Assembly: GCF_009834535.1 (NCBI RefSeq) | Contig: NC_045697.1 | Span: forward strand, 13,952,001 to 14,016,000 | Reading direction: 5' to 3' | Source of the DNA: Camelus ferus | Taxonomy: Eukaryota | DNA: 64,000 bases | Shown here: one piece after another, positions 26,301-38,183 of the stretch | Position numbering within the stretch: the first letter of the stretch is position 1 | How the letters are laid out: every line of letters starts with the position of its first letter | The notes under the pieces: model-generated | What the model was told of the DNA's origin: nothing | Seen by the model: only the letters and a program-made list of their open reading frames with translations | The model's database searches: none | Made by a program: the position numbers and the translations under genes

Positions 26301-29300
26301 AAGGAAGGCATTGTCCTTCATCTCAGAAGCATAGTTTAGCAACGGGCAAGTGAAGGAATTGCTTTCCCCTTGGACACCCGTAGAGCATGTGCCCTCCGTT
26401 GGGTACAAAAGAATTGGATGAGATATTATACTGAGTCAGTGTTTGACGCCAACAACTGCTTCTCCCTCAAGCTGACTTGAAACTAGCTTCTGGAGCTGCT
26501 TACACTGCTCCACTTATTATTTTGTTTACTGTTACTTTTGGTGCCTCATAAACACATTTTCATGTGCATTTTAATCGACTTGTTTTCAAATAGAGAGAAC
26601 GAAAATTTCCTTGAGGCATTTGTCATTCCTTATTCAGCCCGGAGCTGGAGCAGCAGTGCAGCAGTGAGTGGATAAATCCATCTGCGAGCTAATCTAGTGG
26701 AACAGCACTGAGCTCCCTCGTTTGACAGAAGTAATTATAGCACGGGGGAGGGCTCAGGGCGCCACTTTGCCCCTAACACCCTGCCCTTCTCAACTTGTGT
26801 GAGTTGGAAAAATAACAACAGCAACAAAAAATTCGCTCCAGTAAGTAATTAATTCTCTATGGACAGACACACTTTTTTTAGAGATTAATTAGTATTCAGT
26901 AATTATAGTGCATGCCCACACTAGGTATTTGAAATGGTTGTAGCTTTTTTTCATGTAAGGTAGATTCTCTAATGTGTGCCTTTACTCAATTTTTTAGTCA
27001 TTTTTGAATGTACTGATTTTAGATTCTGGTTGAGCTAATATTTGTGAGATAGGTTGCTGTAAAGTTTTGTGTAAAATTGCTTTTTGTCCAGATGGTTCAC
27101 TTCGTAGAACTTGTTTCTGGGTGTCATAATCAAAGATAAATTTGTAGTAATGATATTAGATTAGAAAGGCCATAGGACATATTTTGTGTTCAGTGGGTTG
27201 AATTCAGTTGCTAGATTTCTTTGTATGAAAGGACAGATTGGAACATGATTTTTAGAAATGTGTACAATTTGTGATTACTAATTATTAATCACATTTCCAG
27301 GAAATTAGTGTCTTCCCTGAGTTTCTGTCCCTTTGTGCCTTTAAATTTTATGAACATCTGCTTAATGCTGTATGACAAAAATCTGTGGTTAATAATGTAG
27401 GCTCCATAAGCACCTTTTCCTGATTGGTAGAAACATATTAAAAATAATGGAAATTAAGGTAAATTTTATAATATTTCATAATCAACAACTCATGCTGACA
27501 CAACAAAATGAAGAATTACAGTGCTGTGTATTTCAGTGTTGATATCAGCAGTAATCAGGACCCATCACACATGATAACAGGGTTGTACCACGTCATTTTC
27601 CCTTCATAGATTCTCTGTGTAACTTTAGAATTAGGGGACAGTGGGTATGGAGTTTGAGCCATGCCATACCTAAATCTGAGCTGTATTTCACAAAAAAGTT
27701 TTAGCAAGGCTAGGACACTTAGCAGAAGTCTAATAAACCCAGGACCAGAATCTAAATTTAAATATCCTGCTTTAAAATGAAACCATTGGTTTAATTGATC
27801 TATTTGGTCCTTTTTGAACCTTTTGATGTAGGTATCTTATGGTCATTTGAGTCAATCCTACTGTTCATCCACTCACTCAGCAGATCTTTATTGAGCAACT
27901 ACATGTAGTCACTGTCCCAGGTGCCGCATATATAGACACTGTCAACGGCATGGCTGTCTACCTCCAGAAAGACTGGTTAATGATTAGAAGCTTAAATGTT
28001 TATGTTAGGAAAGCAGTCAACCCTCTGTTCCTGATCATGATTTTGACCTTCAGAAACATTAAGCTTTTCCTACAATTTTTCATTGATATTCGTTCACTAA
28101 TCTGTGTTGTTTTTCTTTCTTTTTTGTTTTGTTTTGTTTAGGACCTAGTCTATGCAAAGTATCTTTTTAAATACAGTCAACACCACAAAGATAGAAATCT
28201 ATGGTCTTTCTTCCATTATAGCTTACAAAAAATCTAGCAGGCAGGGTAGACGGACACAAGGGGACACCCCTCTGATCAAGGTAACAATGACACAGGTACT
28301 ATAAAGAGAAAATAAACAATCTGCTATGGGATTTGGAGGGATATTCGTTCTCATTGGGGTGATCTGGGAAGAATTCTTAGAGAAATTTTCTTGAGTATTA
28401 TCCACCTTTTCATTGTATTTTGATAATATTCTCCTTCCCACACTCCTCCTACATTGCAACATTACTAGCAAAAAATGTGACATTACCTTGGCATATGAGG
28501 GTTTAAATTAATAGAACAGCCATCTGTTTCAGGGAGAGTGGATCTATAGTCAACATTTCCTCTCCCTTTTCCTTTTCCTGCCAAACTCCCCACACTTGGT
28601 TTGTATCCTTCTCTTGTCTCCCTCCTTGACACCCTGGGGATTTAAATTCCATTCACTCTAGTGAATCATTTTCTGAATGGTCGCCCTTGACCTCCATCTA
28701 ACCAAACAGAAGAACCTTTAATCTTACTAATCCTGCTTAACCTGCGGGTTGGTAGACACTGCTGATAACCCCTAGCTTCCATCTTAAAACAGTATCTTTC
28801 AAATAATTTTCTCTTCTTTTCTTTTGTTCAGACAGGAGAGCTTTTTTTTCTTCCCCTTCTCTGCTATAATACATTTTTGGAAGGCAGGGAACCATGGTTA
28901 ATTTCATTTCCTGTAATGCCTACCTTGCCAAGAATATAATAGGTGCTCTACACATACTGCAGATTCATCTTGGGAGGGTTTATATTGGTGGCACCTACCA
29001 TCAGTTATTGTTTGTGGACTGCGCAGGGGATGTGGATAGTGTTTTACTAATTTTTGTAGGAAATAACACTATCTATCATATAAATCAAATTACATTTGAT
29101 TTTAAATCCACATTCCACAAGGCAGGCGGAAACTTAAATCTGTCATGTTGACATCCCCCAGGATCCTATAAAAATTGAAGGTATTAGGCACTACCAAGAA
29201 AATAGTACCAGGACCACTCTCTTTAGTTCCTCTAGGTCACTCTGATGTGTTTTCTTCCAAAATCCCCATGAGTCCTTGAAAACCTGTGGCTCCTTTGCTC

Positions 29301-29586
29301 TTTGGCTCTGTGCTTTAATTGGGGCACAGCAATTTTTGCCAAGTCTGAGATCTTGAGTGTCCTGGGCCAGCATCCTTTTGCATACTTGGACCTTTTCCCT
29401 GCAGAGGTCCTGCTACTCCCTATGGGTGTTTTAAGGACCTTTGGCCCTCTCCTCGTCTGGAATCAATTCTTCTTCCTATGTGACTGCCCTTGATCCGGTT
29501 TCTCCTAGCTTGATGGAGCCAGCTTCCTGGACGGAGACAAACCTAGTAGCAAGAAGTCTACAAATTCTGCCAATGCTCCTGTAACT

Positions 29587-29800
29587 CAAGATTTCTCAGC
29601 CTCAGCACTATTGACACCTTGGACCAGATGAGTCTTTGTTATGAGTGGCTATCCTGTCTGTTGTAGAAGGTTTAGCAGCATTGCTGGCCTCTACCAAATA
29701 GATGCCAGTAGCATCCCCCACTTGTGACCATCAAAATTGTCTCCAGACACTGCCAGATATCTCCTGGGGAGACAAAATGATCTTTGGTAATGAGTCACTG
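29587..29800. mobile_element. MER20 (hAT-Charlie) DNA transposon
   Basis: 'tttctcagcctcagcactattgacaccttggacc...tttagcagcattgctggcctctacc...gatgccagtagc...tgtctccagacactgcca' closely follows the MER20 consensus. Confidence 0.85.
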
Positions 29801-30379
29801 TTATGACTCAAACTTCCTGAGATGTGAAGAGCTCTGTATAAACTATACTGCAACAAATATGTAGGCAGAAGATAGTAATTCTCCTTTAGAAAAAAATGAG
29901 AAAATTAGTTGGATTAGTAACCAAGTGGGGGATGGTAATGAAAAGGAAGAGGAATGACACTTATGTGTCAGCAAGATGTTATTCACATTTTACTGAACAC
30001 TAGGAAACTGTATCTCAGGACTGCTCATTCGTTAGGTAGAAGAGGCAGGTTTCAAGCCCACATCCATCCAACCTCAGATTTCAAGTACTTTTCATGATAC
30101 CATATACTAGTCTAGCTGTGCAGTTCACTTTGCCAAATGTTTTAGTGCCTGCTTAAGAAGCCTTTATTCTTTGCCTTACTCTGTAGTATGGCATTTTGTC
30201 TCCAGATTTCAGGCATAAACATAGTTCACCAAAAATGAGTCAAAATGTGAAATGCCCATTCAGTTCATTCAAATTTGAGTAGCAGATGTATCTAGAATTC
30301 TTAAAGGTTATGACTTTTATAGACTATCTGCGTGAGAAACATCAGGATGAACTCAAAGCCTATGCCATTTACGATTTTG

Positions 30380-30830
30380 CCAGCCTCTGGTTCTTTTAGG
30401 ACAAGTGAGGCAACTAAATAGAATGTGAGAGAACTGAGTGAGCAAAAGTGGGAGTGGGGGAACTTCTAAAGAGAAAGAATGGCATATGGAGATGATGCAG
30501 AGTGTATAACTACAAGTCTGACAAGGCAGATGCAGCAATGCCCACGATGAAAGGAGAGAAATGGATTTGCAGTTGGGCATTTGTGGTGGGGTCTTTTTAT
30601 ATACTCTGGATTTTATTCTCTAAGCCTTTGGGGAGCCATTGAAGGATTAAAAGCTGTAGCGTTTCATAAACAGATTTGTGTTTTAGAGGGAAAAAAGTAC
30701 TGCTGTTATAATATGAACGCTGGATTTGAGTGGGCACAAGTCTCTGAAAGAGAAGAGTTAAGATGCTCTTGGTGTATCCAATCAAGAAAATTGAGGTTCT
30801 GCACAAAAGTAGTGCCAGTGGTGACTTTTT
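30380..30830 (-). mobile_element. LINE-2 fragment
   Basis: 'ggattttattctctaagcctttggggagccattgaaggatt...cagatttgtgttttaga'. Confidence 0.55.
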
Positions 30831-30871
30831 ATTTATTCACTTACTTTTATTAAGTTTTTTTTTTTCCTAAT

Positions 30872-31028
30872 TCACAACTTCTCAAACTTTAATGTGCATC
30901 CAAATCACCTGTTAAAATGCAGGTTCTCATACGTTAGGTTTAGATGAGTCCCAGGATTCTGCGTTTATTACAAGCTTCCCAATGGTGCCCGTGCTTCTAG
31001 TTCATGGACAGTATTATAGGTAGCAAGG
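30872..31028. mobile_element. MER5A-like (hAT-Charlie) element
   Basis: 'cttctcaaactttaatgtgcatccaaatcacctgttaaaatgcagg...tctgcgtttattacaagcttccc...gtagcaagg'. Confidence 0.75.
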
Positions 31029-31029
31029 T

Positions 31030-31510
31030 TCTCAGCGACATCCACTGTGCAGCATACGGAAGGAATAAGGCAATATTATGTCATGTTGAACTTGTGGTCC
31101 CAGGTGACTGCAACATAGGTGTTCCAACTCTGTCATTAGGAGGTGGTTTGCCTTTGTCTCCAGCTTTGACCTTCCTAATGTTGGCTTCACTTCCTGGCTT
31201 CACATAGTATCCTTCTGCAGCTCTGGGAGCACATCCTCCCAAGTTCAAGTTTGGTAGAAGTAAATTCCTGGCCTCTTTTCCAACAGCCTCTGTGAAAAGT
31301 CTCATGGCATTGCACTGGCTCCAGTTGAGTCACACGTCTGCTTCTGAATAAATCACTGGGTCAGAAGGACTGCGATGTTCCAGTTAGCTTGGCTTGAGTT
31401 TTTCTGTTCCTGGAATCAGTAGTAGAGTCAACTCCACCTGAAGTACTTGGACTGACATTGGGGAAAGTGTACCAATCCCAAGGGAAAAACTCAGGAAACT
31501 GAACTAAAAA
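31030..31510 (-). mobile_element. Old ERVL-MaLR (MLT1-type) solo LTR
   Basis: 'ggctccagttgagtcacacgtctgcttctgaataaatcactg', 'gtcaactccacctgaa' and 'cccaagggaaaa' resemble old MLT1 LTRs. Confidence 0.5.
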
Positions 31511-31551
31511 GGTGATTTGATTTCTGCTGTATACAGTGACTGAATGTATAC

Positions 31552-32200
31552 CAGAGCTTTCCAAGTGTTCTTAATTTCTTAGGAATTTTTTTCATGGAGC
31601 TCTAGTCCAAAAGAAGCACCTAACAGTTAATTCATTTGGTAGTTAGGTCTTAATAACTTAATAAGGGTTTCTATTCTAACAACTTACTAGAGTTCTGTTT
31701 ATTAAGTAGTTAAATCCAAACAACTTAATAAGATTTATGTCCCAGCCATTAGGTAGCTGTTTGATAAAATAGTACATATAAATTAAAAGAAAACTACTGT
31801 TTCTGTTTCATTCTTAAGTAACTACAATCCCCTCCTCAAGGGATGTGTGCACTTGTTGGGCTCCACACAGAGTTTCTTGACCTCAGGTTAAGATTGGATA
31901 ATGCCACCCTCATTTCCTGTTCTACACTAATTTTTTGTGCAGTAATTCCCCCTTTTTTTTCCTTAAGATTTGGCAATCCCTATAACCCCAGCTTTACAAA
32001 ACTGTGATGTCATCAAAAGGAATGTAGTGTGAGCACCATATTTCTTGGAACTGTGCACTGCCTTAAGCTAATCGTTGGTGTGGTCTCCAATCGATGCTGA
32101 GTATCGCTCTGCTGCTCTAGAAATTTTAAAATATCATGGCAGCCCCTTTGAATTCCCCAAGTTGCCTTGGTGCACATACCATCGTTTTAGAAATTTTGTA
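31552..32200. mobile_element. Probable hAT-Charlie DNA transposon remnant
   Basis: Ends 'cagagctttccaa...' and '...ccttggtgcacatacc...tttagaaa' resemble Charlie termini. Confidence 0.4.
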
Positions 32201-33919
32201 TTTGAATTTCCTATTAGACATCTATGTAGGAACAGAGAATCAAATGTTGGCCATCTGGGTTGAAATTAGGTAAGAGGTCTTGGCTGGTGGGCAGTCTTAG
32301 CATAGAGGTCTGGTTCCTTCTGCATCTGGACCCAGAGAGCTCTAAGGTGGTACTGTGCACCTTTACCTTCTCCTCGAGAGTAAAATGTCCTGTCACTACT
32401 CAGCTACCACACAGCTTCACAGTACACGCTGTTACTCTTTGATCTTATGAGTCCTAAATCTGTCTGATTGATGTCCTCCATGGAGTAACTTATCTCGGTA
32501 TTTGCATTTTATTTTGTATTTGCATTTAAAATAAACTGCACCGATAGTGGTGTTTTTATCTTCTAAACAATCTCTGGATTGTTCAGATACTGGCTTAAAT
32601 AACTGGGAGGTGGGTATCATGTATTTTTCAATAACGTGGTTAAACTCTCTGAAGTTTTAAACTTTGTTCCTTTAAATTTAACCATGTGTACCAGAGCTTA
32701 ATTAATAAGGACTGAGCAGAGCATTTGCTTTTGAGCTTGAAGTGATTGTTTCTGCCTGAAAATAGTTGATAGAGTATTTTCTCATTGATTATGCCTTTCT
32801 TTTAGCTTGTTTGTTGTTTTAATGCTGTAGAGTCAATATCTTCCAGACTGATTTTTTAAATAACTTAAGTGTAGCCTGGAACCAGATTTTCCAAAGCATG
32901 TGCAAGCTTTCATTTTACTAGAGTCAATAATCTTTCTATCTGCCTAGTTCATGCCTGAGATATAATGGGATTCTATCATCACTGTCTCACTGTAGCTCAT
33001 CTATTACTCATCATCTCATGAGACTGTTGCTCCTACTGACTGTGCAGAATCACTTCTGTTTCAACCTCTTCCCATAGTCCAAAAATTAAAATGTATTGAG
33101 TATATTAGGTGCACCACTGTTATGTGAATGTTTAATTTTTAAAGTTAAAAAGCAAAAGCTACTAATGGGTATTCAGTTTCTACAGAATACTATATTGTTT
33201 TATTCTTTTTTTTTTTTAACTTTTTTTCACTCTTTGAATATCCACATAATTTCAACTTTTATTTATGAAAACAACATAATGTTAGAGTGCTTATTTTTTC
33301 TTTCTGTTAGGTTCTACTTTTAAAATCTTTTATTACTGCAATGAAATGTTTGAAAAGTATTAGCACAACATTGTAATCATTTGTAGTAGCATACTTGGAA
33401 GCATGGTATCATTGTCCATGTTTATTTTTGAGGTTTGATGTTTGTTTCTTAAATGGCATGAACACTGCTTGGCTATGACATGAATTTTTGACTCTGTGGT
33501 ATTTTAGGACGTGTGTTAGTAATGAGCGTCTGTGAGTCTTCATCACATCGCGTAAACAAAGGTGCCCTAATGAGGTGTTGAGCAGTACTCCTGCCTGGGC
33601 AGCTGAGTTTGTTTGTGATCGTGAATGTCAACAGAGTTTCATAAACGATCATGCAGCTTGTGTTGTGATGATTGTCTTTCTGGTGGGGGTCGCTGACAGC
33701 TTTTCTTACTTCTTGTCACAGCATTTATTTATTCATGATTGACATGTGACAGTCTCATTCCTGGGTTTCATTTGTGTTTTTTTATCATGCAGATATTTGA
33801 ATGTCTTTTATAGAACGAGAATGACACTGCATCTGTTGCTTGTTGAAGACACTCTTGCTCTGTGTCTGCAAAATGTCAGTGCTGTATGCCTCTATGTATG
33901 TGATTTTTCTTTTGTACAG

Positions 33920-33968
33920 TCATTTTTCTCTTAGCATGGCAATGATTGATGGAACAACTGTGTGATAG
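33920..33968 (+). CDS. Candidate short alternative terminal coding exon of an unidentified host gene
   Basis: Two polypyrimidine+AG acceptors 15 nt apart (exon starts 33920 and 33935); one frame reads (HFSLS)MAMIDGTTV then TGA TAG; repeat-free context with AATAAA downstream. No transcript or homology evidence. Confidence 0.25.
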
Positions 33969-36573
33969 CAGTACTTAACGTGTCACTTACTGAACTTCAA
34001 ATCCTCTCCATAGCTCACTGCATAGCTCTACTCATGGTCTGCTGATCCTGTCACTCCTGCTGGTTGTGCAGAGGAGAAGCCACTTCTCACCTTTCATTTT
34101 TTCCTATTACGGATCTAGTGTGTATATTTTATGCCCATGGTTTAACTGGCATTTTGTTATCATTTCCCTGGTGTTTATTATTAAGAGTTAGGATACTTTT
34201 TCACTCAGATTAATACAAGCTAAAAAGTAGAGCACTTTGTTAACGCATATTAAGTATTAATCACCAAGGCTAGAGATTTTGGACATATACATATATCAAA
34301 TTGGATAAACAATACTGACTGTTTTGGCTGTTGGAAAGGAAAAATTAACTTGGATCTTCAAATTTCCTAATTCTCGAAGCAGGTTAATTTCATAGCTATC
34401 AGTGTTTTGCCTTTTAAGAAGTATTTGGTAAATAAATTTACAGTAATACAGAAAAAATATTATGTAGGAAACACCTTTATGAAATCTACTGCTGTATAAT
34501 CAGGAGATGCCATTTGAATATAGAAGTTAGGTAACTGGGAGAAGCATCAGATGAGTTGTCAGAGTATGTTACATCCTGCCTTTGTTCTAGATTCTAGCCT
34601 ATTTTGACTAGAGCTATTATAGTAGGAAAGTTAAGTGTATATTGATTCAGATTTGAGGTGCATTTTTGCAGCCATGCAGTTACATGCCTTCTGAAAGAGA
34701 ATTAACACCTGGCAAAGGTAAAACCTTAGGCTTTCATGAGAATTCAAGTTTTAACTTTACAGGAAAAAAGAAAACTTTATTTTAAAGCACGACGACATTG
34801 TGAAATTGGTGCAAAGTTCGATTATTTTGTTTTGAACTTAAAGACGATACTTTCAAAAGGCGTCTTAAAAAAACCAAGTATAATGACAATAGAATTAAGC
34901 TTGTGATATAATAAAACTTTTAACTGTATCCAGACATGTTGTAAAAGATTTTTTTACAAACTGCATAACCACCAAGGCAGGAGCCAATGCAAATAATGCA
35001 TAACTTTTAATAATAAAAAAGCATTTTAACTGAGAACAGATATGTGTATTGTTTACTGTACCGTATACGAGTATTTAACAACCCTGTATTATGAATGTTT
35101 TTTCTTGCATTTGGAGAGCTGCACAGGTAAGGACGTCAGAACCTTACGGATCCTGAATGCAGCTGCAAATAGTGTCCCTTAAAAGAGAGCGCAGCTGGTT
35201 TCCCAGTCTTTTCTGTGCCAGACAAGGAAGTGACTTTCCTTAGAGAAGAGGATTACAGTCATATCCTCCAACGAGGAAACTAGAACCAGATTTCTTTTTA
35301 GAACTTGCAGTGGGGATTCTGAAGAAACGTTGCACTGTACTTTAGCTTATTCTAAACTCAAGTTACTAAGATTTCAGTAACTCTGCACGTTCAACTTCAG
35401 AAATAGATGGGACCACAGAATAATGTGTACTTTTTGTAACTTAAAAATAATCCTGTTCCTTGCATGGGATTAAATGGTTAGCTCTTCTAAAACCAGAAGA
35501 AACTGCAAAGAAAAGTGAGCACTACATTAGCAGTTACTCAAATATCCTCTCAAGTGTTTCTTTAATTTGGTAATGAATTTTTGTATTTGTCTTCAAATTA
35601 AATGCCAGGCAAGCATGATTTTCTCATTTTTTGTGTATCGTATAAAAACATCTAATGCTAAATTAAGATAGGAAGGTAGTGTTTTACCTTCCCTTTCTGG
35701 AAAAAAAAAATCAAATATTTATTAACTGCTTTCCATTGTTGTCTTTCTCTTTAGAAAGTAATTTGTGGTCAGTGGAGCCCAGCAGGGAAGCTCCTTTTCC
35801 TCCAGATGGCTGTGACATTTGAGAAAACCTTGGAGGATTAAAGGCACTCTAGTGAGCAGTCACTGCAAAGTCCTGACACAACTTGACAGTCCTAATCTGG
35901 GTCCCAAACTGATTGGATGACCAAGGGCACAAAATTCTCATCCAACTGTGCAATCACCATGCACATTTTTAAGGGCACTAAAATTGTTCCAAAGTTTTGG
36001 TGACTGTTCAAAACAAAAAATATATAACCCTTTTCTCTATGGCATGTGCTTGGAAAGGCTCAGGAAGGTATCTCATATGACTGAAAGAAAAAAAAAACCT
36101 AGGGCTATTTTTGCGCGAATGAGCACAGCATGCTATAAATGTCTTTACTCTTTATTAAGGAGTGTTTGCAAACAATCTAAATGGTTAAATGGTAGAGGAA
36201 ACTATAGAAATTGATCTCAGTGAGCAAAGCCTACCAAACCTAATGGTATATTGTCACCATCTGCTGAAATATGATAACAGAATTAATATAATTATTGTCA
36301 GGATTTCAAAGAAAAAAAACTTCCAAAAAAATTTCACATGTGGATTGTGCGTCTGTGTGTGAGGGAGGCAGAGGAGAGAGAGAGAAAGAAGAGCAAAAGC
36401 AACAAAGAGTAGCACCTTATATGTTCTTTTTAACTCTTCCTCATTTTGTCAATTATTGTTTAAAATAATGAGAAAGACCTTTTCCTAATTTTTGAGCTGA
36501 TTGAAGCTATCAAGTTTTGGCAAGGTGATTTTATGAGTTTGGAATTTTAATTACATCCACTGCAGCTTCCAAA

Positions 36574-36587
36574 ATTGCCATGGCAAC
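36574..36587. promoter_or_regulatory. RFX X-box motif
   Basis: ATTGCCATGGCAAC matches GTTGCCATGGCAAC at 13/14 and contains the perfect palindrome TTGCCATGGCAA. Confidence 0.5.
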
Positions 36588-38122
36588 AGGTGTGTAATTA
36601 TCAACCTTGTACATAGCTTCAATGCGTAATGCATTTCTTCCGGCTGAATGAATATTAAATCATACTGCTTAACACCTCCTCTACCAGCAAACAGATAAAG
36701 CTTTGGCCATGGCCTGTAAATTGATCCTTCTTCTATAGGTTTCTCTTACTACAAAGCCATTGAATGGGGTAATTTGTGCCTTTGAGGGTTTTCTGAATTT
36801 GTTAGAGTTTGACAGAAAGCTAGTTTTACTCCATTTAATGGGGGAAAAAAAAAGTGACGTGTTTAATTACTACTCACATTTCCTTTTGTAGAATTCTCTC
36901 CAAAAGAATATACTGCCGTTGTTTTTGGTTGCAAGGTGTGTGTTCATGACAGATGACAGTTTTTTAAAAAGGCCTTTTCTAAAGACACCTTGTGTTTTAT
37001 TTGCTGCTCTTTGTAACAAATGCAGGTGGTCTTTGTGTGGAGCACATGTGCAACGAAACCTTTGAATTATAACATAAATTTAGTCTCCTAATACATGTCA
37101 ACTCTAAGAAGACAGTATAATCCATGATTTGTCAGTGAAGTCTAAACTTTACATTGTTTCTAATATTCCAGGTGGTCCTTTCAGACTGATTCCCACCTGT
37201 AAATAGGCGAAAGAGGGAATGATTATCTATCAAGTATTATCTTTTATTTTTCTCTGATTGTTATCACACTGAAGATCTTCCTTACCTATCTAATGAAAGA
37301 GATAACAATGCACTTTTATTATGATTATTACTATTTTTTTTGATTACCCACTATCATTTAACTTATAAACCCAATATTTGACTGATAAAAGTGAGGCTTT
37401 TAAGAAGCAAGCATTATAAGAAATCTATTTATGTTTAAAATACACAGATCAGGTAGTGCTGCAAATGATAGGGATAAATAGGAATCCAGCTACATGATCA
37501 CAAAGTTATATGGATCTTTTCAATATTCATTCTCTGTTTTAACGGGTATTTTATTCTGGAATGACGTTCAGGAACTTGTGATCATTAAGTGAAACAAACA
37601 TGAGTTGATCTGTGTAAGCACAAAAGCTAGCATAAGAAGCTATGTTTAAAATTTGGTGTCTAGACATTTGGATTTCCCAGATGGATGAGGCTACAAAAGA
37701 CTAGAGAAAGACTGTACACGTCATTATGTATTTTTCTACTTTGCTGCTCCCTCTCCATCCCGGCCAAATACCCGACAATATGATATCCTTTAACTATCAT
37801 CGACTTTAATGTGTGTTTTCATTTCAAACTAAAGTTGAGGTTACCAGTGGCGCAAGATCACATCACCTTGTTATGTATCAGAGCACCGTAATACACAGCC
37901 TCCCCGGCTGCATTCATAATATGAATTGACAACTAAGAAAGAAGGTGAATGCTTTAGTCACACAAATAGGTTAACATTCCTGAAGCAGTGTCCATGCATT
38001 GAAAACCATTAAAAGAACATGGAGAATATACTGATTTTCTCTAGACCGGTTCTCTCCAGGATTTCTGTCTTTATTATTTCCTCTAGCTCATATTTAAACT
38101 GTGTGTTTTTTAAAGAGAGGAG

Positions 38123-38124
<2 letters not shown>

Positions 38125-38180
<56 letters not shown>
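38125..38180. repeat. (AC)28 perfect microsatellite
   Basis: Directly visible; produces the HTHT/CVCV ORFs. Confidence 0.97.
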
Positions 38181-38183
<3 letters not shown>

